From positions 92,803 through 156,802 of the forward strand of contig JAPOTT010000032.1 of NCBI GenBank assembly GCA_026709025.1: a stretch of 64,000 nucleotides of DNA. Direction: 5' to 3'. The first letter of the stretch is position 1. Every line of letters begins with the position of its first letter. The notes under the pieces are model-generated. The model saw nothing but the letters and a program-made list of their open reading frames with translations, did not search any database and was not told the DNA's origin. Source of the DNA: a bacterium. Its GTDB lineage: Bacteria; Actinomycetota; Acidimicrobiia; Acidimicrobiales; Bin134. Both the position numbers and the translations under genes were made by a program. Below, one piece after another: positions 58,282-64,000 of this stretch.

Positions 58282-59292
58282 TTAGGTGAAAGAGATTGGG
58301 GATTGTAACCACCAGGGGCGGTCGCTGGTTCTGATTTCGGTTACCCACTTCACCCACCACAGCCCTCGCCTGCCGGGAACTACAAGGCGAACAGGAGCCC
58401 CATGCCCGCGCGACAATGGCTCGCCACCCAATGTGTGCGCTAAAAGCATCTTGTGTGCATCACTCATAGGAAAGCGGCGGCTATAACCGGTTGCCGAGCG
58501 TATCTGCAGACTCCGCCCCGTTGCATTAGGGCCTAACAGATCGGCCACACTGGCACCAGTCCACGTCTGCGTACTGAACCATCCGTTTGTGCAGTCTAAA
58601 GTTTCTTGGGTTGTAACCGTGTAGGTGGCTAGCTCCTGAAAGGTCACATCCTTTTTTACACTCCCCCGCAAACGCAGCACCCATTCTTGAGGATCAATCT
58701 GCGGAGGCGAATCATCTAACCATTGCACCACCGGCATTTGTTTGGGATCACCCGAGCCAACCTCGTGCGAACCAGTAAAGCGCCTGTCGGCAGCAATCCA
58801 ACGATCAAACCCACCTCGCAGCCCCCATGCAACCCCTGCCACTCCTAAAGCCTGCAACCAGGTACGCCTAGACAAATCCACCGGGCGGATGCGCTGAGGC
58901 CGCGTCACAGTATGAAACGCCAGCAATGGAACCGCAGCTATAGCGAACACCACATGAACACCAATTGGCGACCACACACCAAAAGGTGCCCACACATCAA
59001 GCGTGTGAATCAGCCCGGTGATCAGCGTTCCAGCAACAGCCACAGCTAGCGCAATCGACGCAAAGCGATTGGGGCGGCGCCGTGTGAGACCACGCTGCAC
59101 CACAGGTGATTTAGGCCAACCCAACACCAAAACAACAAAACCAAGCACCCCATGCAATGTCACCAACCATGCAGTAGAGGAACTTCCAAGCAAAAAGGAT
59201 GCACCACCGGTTATCAAAGCCAAAGACAAAGCAATCAGGAGAGCAATATTCGTCTTACGCCCCATAGAAGCAGGACTCTCACGCCAGCTCAC
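58282..59292 (-). CDS. Membrane-anchored molybdopterin-dependent oxidoreductase (sulfite-oxidase / YedY-fold domain)
   Basis: 336 aa with 4 N-terminal TM helices. The Oxidored_molyb-like part reads 'TLDCTNGWFSTQTWTG' and 'HGAPVRLVVPGRRGLWWVKWV'. An alternative start is the ATG at 59265. Confidence 0.72.
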   Translation of the reverse strand: MSWRESPASMGRKTNIALLIALSLALITGGASFLLGSSSTAWLVTLHGVLGFVVLVLGWPKSPVVQRGLTRRRPNRFASIALAVAVAGTLITGLIHTLDVWAPFGVWSPIGVHVVFAIAAVPLLAFHTVTRPQRIRPVDLSRRTWLQALGVAGVAWGLRGGFDRWIAADRRFTGSHEVGSGDPKQMPVVQWLDDSPPQIDPQEWVLRLRGSVKKDVTFQELATYTVTTQETLDCTNGWFSTQTWTGASVADLLGPNATGRSLQIRSATGYSRRFPMSDAHKMLLAHTLGGEPLSRGHGAPVRLVVPGRRGLWWVKWVTEIRTSDRPWWLQSPISFT

Positions 59293-59865
59293 TCAACCAC
59301 CCCCTCCGGTTAGCTTTACCGCTTCTACTTGGACTGATCCTTGGCGGAGTATCTTTATGTTGTTTTGGGTTACCTCTATAACGGTGGATGCCAACATTTG
59401 GAGTTGACCACCATCAATCACTAACTGCACATCGCTAAAGGCTGCGGCAGCTTCTATAGCCGTTTCGGGAGTGGGCTCTCCGCTCAAGTTGGCACTGGTG
59501 GTGGCAATAGGGCCTACCTGTTTGGTGAGAGCCCTTACAAAACCGTGATCTGCACAGCGCACCCCATAGCCATCTTGCACAATGGTCAGCGCTCCGGGCC
59601 AGTGCTTTTGAATTAGCTCACGGGCCACACGGCAGGGCTCAAAGAACTGTATGGCATCTTCTGGTTCACCTATCAAGATTGCTACCGCCTTATCTGAAGG
59701 TCGCTGCTTGAGTTCAAACAATAGGTCGGTATAGGCAGGTAGCGTAGCTAAGCCATACACCGTGTCGGTGGGCAAAATAACCGCACCCCCAGCCTGCAAC
59801 TCTGCTGCGGCCAACAGCACCAACTCTGCTTGATTATCGGTACCCAAACGCCTCAACAACGACAC
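59293..59865 (-). CDS. tsaC: L-threonylcarbamoyladenylate synthase (TsaC/YrdC/Sua5 family)
   Basis: 190 aa with 'ILPTDTVYGLA' and 'TSANLSGEP'. Confidence 0.85.
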   Translation of the reverse strand: MSLLRRLGTDNQAELVLLAAAELQAGGAVILPTDTVYGLATLPAYTDLLFELKQRPSDKAVAILIGEPEDAIQFFEPCRVARELIQKHWPGALTIVQDGYGVRCADHGFVRALTKQVGPIATTSANLSGEPTPETAIEAAAAFSDVQLVIDGGQLQMLASTVIEVTQNNIKILRQGSVQVEAVKLTGGGG

Positions 59866-60719
59866 GCCAACACCCGCTCATGTCCCGCTAAATCTTTGTA
59901 CACAGCATCGGCTACCAGCCCGTTTGCCTCAGCCAGCTGTTTGGCCGCAGATATCTGCGCTGGTGCCAGCTCCAACAACACCAAACCCGCAGGCACCAAC
60001 CACCGCACCGCTCCAGCCAGGATGCTGCGAACCGCATCTAGCCCATCGGTACCACCTCGCAATGCAATCTCTGGCTCCCAGCGCACCACCTCATCGGGTA
60101 GTGGTTCTGAATCACCAACATAGGGTGGGTTGCTCACCAACACATCCACCTTCCCTGCTAGCTCCTGCGGCAAAGCCTCATACCAAGAACCCTCGCTGAT
60201 TGAAACCCTTGTAGCAGTGCTACCTAACCCGGCCATGTTGGCCTGAGCCACCGCCAAAGCATCCGTTGAGATGTCGGTTAGCAGCACTTGGGCCTTCGGG
60301 CACTCCGCAGCCACCGCCAACCCTACTGCTCCACTGCCGGTACCTAAATCCACTACCAAAATGGGGCTGGTTCGCTCAGGCGTACCCAAGCTATTTACCT
60401 CATCTATGGCGAGTTCGGCCAGCACCTCCGTCTCAGGCCGGGGAATGAGCACCGCTGGGCTGACCATAATATCCAAACCTCGGAACCCCCAGCTTCCCAA
60501 CACATACTGCAAGGGCTCTCCGGCCAAACGGCGTTTGAGCATCCCATCAAAGCGGGCTAATTGCTGAGCAGTTGGGCTCATGCCCAACATCCCAAAGTAC
60601 TCGCTTCCCTCATTACCTGAAGCCTGTTCAGCTAACCAGCGAGCTTGCATCAAAGCATCTGTATGCCCCGCCTCCAACAACTCTGAGATAGCCCTATTTA
60701 CAACATCACGCCATATCAC
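59853..60719 (-). CDS. prmC: Release-factor glutamine methyltransferase
   Basis: 288 aa with 'VDLGTGSGAV' and 'SNPPYV'. It follows prfA. Confidence 0.9.
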   Translation of the reverse strand: MIWRDVVNRAISELLEAGHTDALMQARWLAEQASGNEGSEYFGMLGMSPTAQQLARFDGMLKRRLAGEPLQYVLGSWGFRGLDIMVSPAVLIPRPETEVLAELAIDEVNSLGTPERTSPILVVDLGTGSGAVGLAVAAECPKAQVLLTDISTDALAVAQANMAGLGSTATRVSISEGSWYEALPQELAGKVDVLVSNPPYVGDSEPLPDEVVRWEPEIALRGGTDGLDAVRSILAGAVRWLVPAGLVLLELAPAQISAAKQLAEANGLVADAVYKDLAGHERVLACRC

Positions 60720-60728
60720 GGCCAGATT

Positions 60729-61796
60729 TCACTGCTGTCCAGAAACTTCTTGGCGTTCGGCTGTAGCCAAAGCATCTACAACCTCATCTAAGCCCCCAGC
60801 CAGCACCCGATCTAGCTTGTACAAGGTCAACCCAATGCGGTGATCAGAAATCCGGTTCTCCTTGAAGTTGTAGGTGCGTATCTTCTCCGAGCGCCCTCCA
60901 CCCCCAACCTGATCGCGCCGTTGCTCCGAAAGCTCGTCTTGGCGGCGCTGTTGCTCAGCCTGCAAAAGCCGCGCTCGCAGCACAGCCATAGCCTTATTGC
61001 GGTTCTGTAACTGGCTTTTTTCATCCTGCATCGAAACAACCAAACCGGTGGGCTTGTGGGTAATGCGTACTGCTGAGTCGGTGGTGTTCACCGACTGTCC
61101 ACCCGGCCCCGACGAACGGTAAACGTCTACTTGGATGTCTTTGTCGTCAATATGTATCTCCACCTCTTCAGCCTCCGGTAACACAGACACCGTGGCCGAA
61201 GAAGTGTGTACTCGCCCCTGTGACTCTGTTACCGGCACCCGCTGCACGCGGTGAGGCCCGCCTTCAAACCTCATCTTGCACCACACATCGTCGCCCCGCA
61301 GCATGAACACCACGTTGGTATATCCGCCCATATCGGAACTCTGAGCATTCATCATCTCCAACTTCCAACGATGCTGGGTTGCATAAGCCTGATACATCTC
61401 AAACAGATCCCGGGCAAACAAGTTGGCCTCCTCACCACCCTCGGCACCCTTAATCTCTACTATGACGTTCTTGCCTTCGTTTGGGTCTTTTGGCGCCAAC
61501 AGCTCTACTAGTTCAGCTTGCAGCACCTCTGCTGAAGCCCGCGCCTTAGAGATCTCAGCCTGCAAGATGCTCTTGTCGTCTATATCAGCCCCCTGCAACA
61601 TCTCAGTGGCAACCTCTATATCACCTTGCAGCGCACGAAGCTGCCGAACACGGCTGGCGCGGGGCTCTAGCTCCTTGTAGCGCCGTGCCACCAAAGCGTA
61701 CTTATCCCGATCGGCATGCAAGTTTGGGTTAGCAAGCTGAGCTTCTAGGGTGGCGAACTCAGCCTCTATTTCTTCATGCACAGAATTGGGTGCCAT
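60729..61796 (-). CDS. prfA: Peptide chain release factor 1
   Basis: 'SSGPGGQSVNTTDSAVRITH' carries the GGQ motif and 'PVTESQGRVHTS' is also present. The start is chosen at 'MAPNSV', with GAAGGTG upstream. The ORF maximum is 61832. Confidence 0.94.
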   Translation of the reverse strand: MAPNSVHEEIEAEFATLEAQLANPNLHADRDKYALVARRYKELEPRASRVRQLRALQGDIEVATEMLQGADIDDKSILQAEISKARASAEVLQAELVELLAPKDPNEGKNVIVEIKGAEGGEEANLFARDLFEMYQAYATQHRWKLEMMNAQSSDMGGYTNVVFMLRGDDVWCKMRFEGGPHRVQRVPVTESQGRVHTSSATVSVLPEAEEVEIHIDDKDIQVDVYRSSGPGGQSVNTTDSAVRITHKPTGLVVSMQDEKSQLQNRNKAMAVLRARLLQAEQQRRQDELSEQRRDQVGGGGRSEKIRTYNFKENRISDHRIGLTLYKLDRVLAGGLDEVVDALATAERQEVSGQQ

Positions 61797-61809
61797 TGTA
61801 GTGGCACCT

Positions 61810-62136
61810 TCAGGCATCAGCTTTTTGATCAACCTCCGAAGCAGCAGCTTCAGCAGATTCTAGGGGCCCGGCGTTGCGCTTGGTAGCACGCTTGCGCTGC
61901 CCGTAGCGGCGCTCAAAGCGTTCTACGCGGCCAGCGGTGTCTACAATGGTCATCTGCCCGGTAAAAAACGGGTGGCTAGCACTAGAAATGCCCACCTTAG
62001 CCAAGGGGTACTCATTACCGTCCTCCCACACAACGGTTTCGTTGGTGTCAATGGTGGAACGGGTGAGAAATGAAGTACCCGCTGAGGTGTCCTGAAACAC
62101 CACCAGACGATACGCGGGATGAATGTCGGGTTTCAT
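61810..62136 (-). CDS. rpmE: 50S ribosomal protein L31, type B (Cys-free)
   Basis: 108 aa beginning '[28 protein letters not shown]'. It has no cysteine at all, and a basic/Ala-rich C-terminal tail. Confidence 0.9.
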   Translation of the reverse strand: MKPDIHPAYRLVVFQDTSAGTSFLTRSTIDTNETVVWEDGNEYPLAKVGISSASHPFFTGQMTIVDTAGRVERFERRYGQRKRATKRNAGPLESAEAAASEVDQKADA

Positions 62137-62185
62137 AAGTCTCCTACCTTATAGAAATCAGCCTACAGAAATCAGCCTTTTAGCC

Positions 62186-63994
62186 TCATACCCCGGCGGG
62201 GCCCTTAGCTACTTCCTCCAAAAATGCGGCGTTGTTGGGGAAGGTACGAAGACGATCCATCAACAACTCTAGCCCGGCAGCACCGCCACCATCGCCATCG
62301 CTAGAAAGACCGTTCAGCACCCGGCGAAGCTTCCACACTTGTTGGAGTTGCTTGCGTTCAAACAGCAACTCTTCATGGCGAGTAGACGAAGCATCCACAT
62401 TGATAGCTGGATAAATACGCCGTTCGGCAATGTGGCGATCTAGGCGTAGCTCCATGTTGCCGGTGCCCTTGAACTCCTCAAATATCACCTCGTCCATTCG
62501 AGAACCGGTCTCCACCAATGCGGTGGCCAAAATGGTAAGCGACCCCCCCTCTTCTACATTGCGAGCGGCACCAAAGAACTTCTTAGGCGGATACAAGGCC
62601 CCAGTGTCAATACCACCCGACATAATGCGCCCTGTTGCAGGTGCGGCCAGGTTGTAGGCCCGCGACAATCTGGTGATGCCGTCTAGCATTATCACCACAT
62701 CCTCGCCCCGTTCCACCATACGCTTGGCTCGCTCAATGGTCATCTCCGCCACATGAGTGTGCTCATCTGCGGGGCGATCAAAGGTGGATGCTGCCACCTC
62801 GCCTCGCAACAACCAGCGGCGCATGTCGGTAACCTCTTCTGGCCGTTCGTCTACCAGCAACACCAAAAGATGCACTTCAGGGTTGTTCAGCTCGATGGAG
62901 CGCACAATCTCTTTCATTATTGTGGTCTTGCCTGCTTTGGGCGGCGACACGATCAAACCACGCTGACCCTTTCCTATGGGCGACAACAAATCGATGATCC
63001 GACATGTCATGTTGGCAGGATCATCATTGCGCTCTAACCTAAGCTTCTGATCGGGAAATAGCGGTGTTAGGTCTTCAAAATTGGGGCGCTGCTTAACCGC
63101 TTCGGGGGGCTGCTCGTTGACGCTATCAATCTGCAACAGTGCCGCGTTCTTCTCGTTGCGAGTAGCTGGACGACAGCTCCCAGCGAGTTGGTCGCCTTTA
63201 CGCAAACCAAACTGGCGCACCTGCTTGACCGACACGTAAGCGTCGTCTTTGCTGGGTTGGAAACCCTTCGTTCTCAAAAAGCCATAGCCATCATCTCGTA
63301 AATCCAAATGCCCAGCAATGGGGATGGGGGTTCCCTCCCATTGTTCCTCTGGGCGGTCTCTGTCTCTACCCCTGCCCCGGCGCCGGCGCCGGTTACCCAT
63401 CTCTGGCAGCTCTTCTTGGCGACCCCGATCGTTGCGCTCACGCCCCTGGCGATTGCGCTCAGAACGATCCCTGCTGCCGTCTCTATCGCGATCTGTACGT
63501 TGGTTGTCGCGCTCAGAGCGCTCCCTATCGCGATCGGTGCGGTCTCTGTCGCGATCTGTACGGTCGCTAGCGGAATGATCTCTGTCTCTGTCGCCCTCCC
63601 TGTCTACACGATGGGTGCGATGGTTAATTTCACCTGTATCTCCATTAGCCCGGCTAACAGGAGCATCTGACATCATGGCCTGCTCAGATTCCTGGGGGCC
63701 AGTTAGCACCTCTTGAACATTTTTATGTGCGCTGGAATCGGCAACTTCAGCATCAACAACCGCAACAGAAGCAGTAGCGGCATCGGTAGCGGTATCGGCG
63801 GGGCCCAAAGCACCGTTGGCGTTGGTTGTCCCCGCTTCGGCGATGCCTGCTAAATCCAAGATCATGTTCACGATGTCGGCTTTGCGGGCTTTGGCTTCTG
63901 GTTTAGCCCCCATCGCCGTTGCGATAATCTGTAGCTGAGCCCGATCCTTGCGTTGCAGCTTGGATCTGGATAGCTCATTGGTCTCTACACTCAC
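62186..63994 (-). CDS. rho: Transcription termination factor Rho with an R/D-rich N-terminal insertion
   Basis: 602 aa with '[18 protein letters not shown]' and '[11 protein letters not shown]'. The insertion reads '[59 protein letters not shown]'. Confidence 0.95.
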   Translation of the reverse strand: MSVETNELSRSKLQRKDRAQLQIIATAMGAKPEAKARKADIVNMILDLAGIAEAGTTNANGALGPADTATDAATASVAVVDAEVADSSAHKNVQEVLTGPQESEQAMMSDAPVSRANGDTGEINHRTHRVDREGDRDRDHSASDRTDRDRDRTDRDRERSERDNQRTDRDRDGSRDRSERNRQGRERNDRGRQEELPEMGNRRRRRGRGRDRDRPEEQWEGTPIPIAGHLDLRDDGYGFLRTKGFQPSKDDAYVSVKQVRQFGLRKGDQLAGSCRPATRNEKNAALLQIDSVNEQPPEAVKQRPNFEDLTPLFPDQKLRLERNDDPANMTCRIIDLLSPIGKGQRGLIVSPPKAGKTTIMKEIVRSIELNNPEVHLLVLLVDERPEEVTDMRRWLLRGEVAASTFDRPADEHTHVAEMTIERAKRMVERGEDVVIMLDGITRLSRAYNLAAPATGRIMSGGIDTGALYPPKKFFGAARNVEEGGSLTILATALVETGSRMDEVIFEEFKGTGNMELRLDRHIAERRIYPAINVDASSTRHEELLFERKQLQQVWKLRRVLNGLSSDGDGGGAAGLELLMDRLRTFPNNAAFLEEVAKGPAGV

Positions 63995-64000
63995 AATTCT

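Overview
The window looks like a moderately GC-rich actinobacterial chromosome segment. Supporting hallmarks are the HspR/HAIR-controlled dnaK operon, a DUF222-HNH gene, the order rho-rpmE-prfA-prmC-tsaC ... wecA-atpIBEFHAGDC, and an R/D-rich Rho insertion. Everything here comes from reading the sequence and the ORF track; no database search or computation was run.

Layout:
(1) 1-14 kb is an accessory, defence-like island. It holds a Type III-like R-M system whose mod gene is missing from the ORF track because it runs off the left edge, and which carries an in-frame G9 tract. It also holds two divergent COG1373/DUF4143 AAA+ ATPase paralogs, each preceded by a 23-bp-phased repeat array, plus a relic of a third copy. 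The rest is an orphan VapB with a deleted VapC, acyl-CoA dehydrogenase and phosphotransferase pseudogene debris, an AT-richer secreted Cys-rich HExxH protein, and a DUF222-HNH endonuclease.
(2) 14.2-28.2 kb is a tightly coupled minus-strand block, egtB-egtD-purA-purD-purE-purB-purC-purS-purQ-[one opposite-strand gene]-purL-purF-purM.
(3) 28.3-32.2 kb is dnaK-grpE-dnaJ(no zinc finger)-hspR with a HAIR-like operator.
(4) The remainder carries gpmA, two tandem esterase paralogs, a Liv-type ABC transporter with a fused permease, murA, an MFS transporter, glpX and an SDR. It then carries the complete F1Fo ATP synthase operon (short epsilon, N-terminally extended b), wecA, glyA and rpiB. A small toxin-antitoxin islet follows (zeta-like ATPase plus small ORF; VapBC), then a Mo-oxidoreductase and tsaC-prmC-prfA-rpmE(type B)-rho.

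The candidates most worth a second look are the possibly phase-variable, reverse-ordered ATPase-res-mod block and the phased repeat arrays upstream of the DUF4143 ATPases. No rRNA, tRNA or CRISPR array was recognised.
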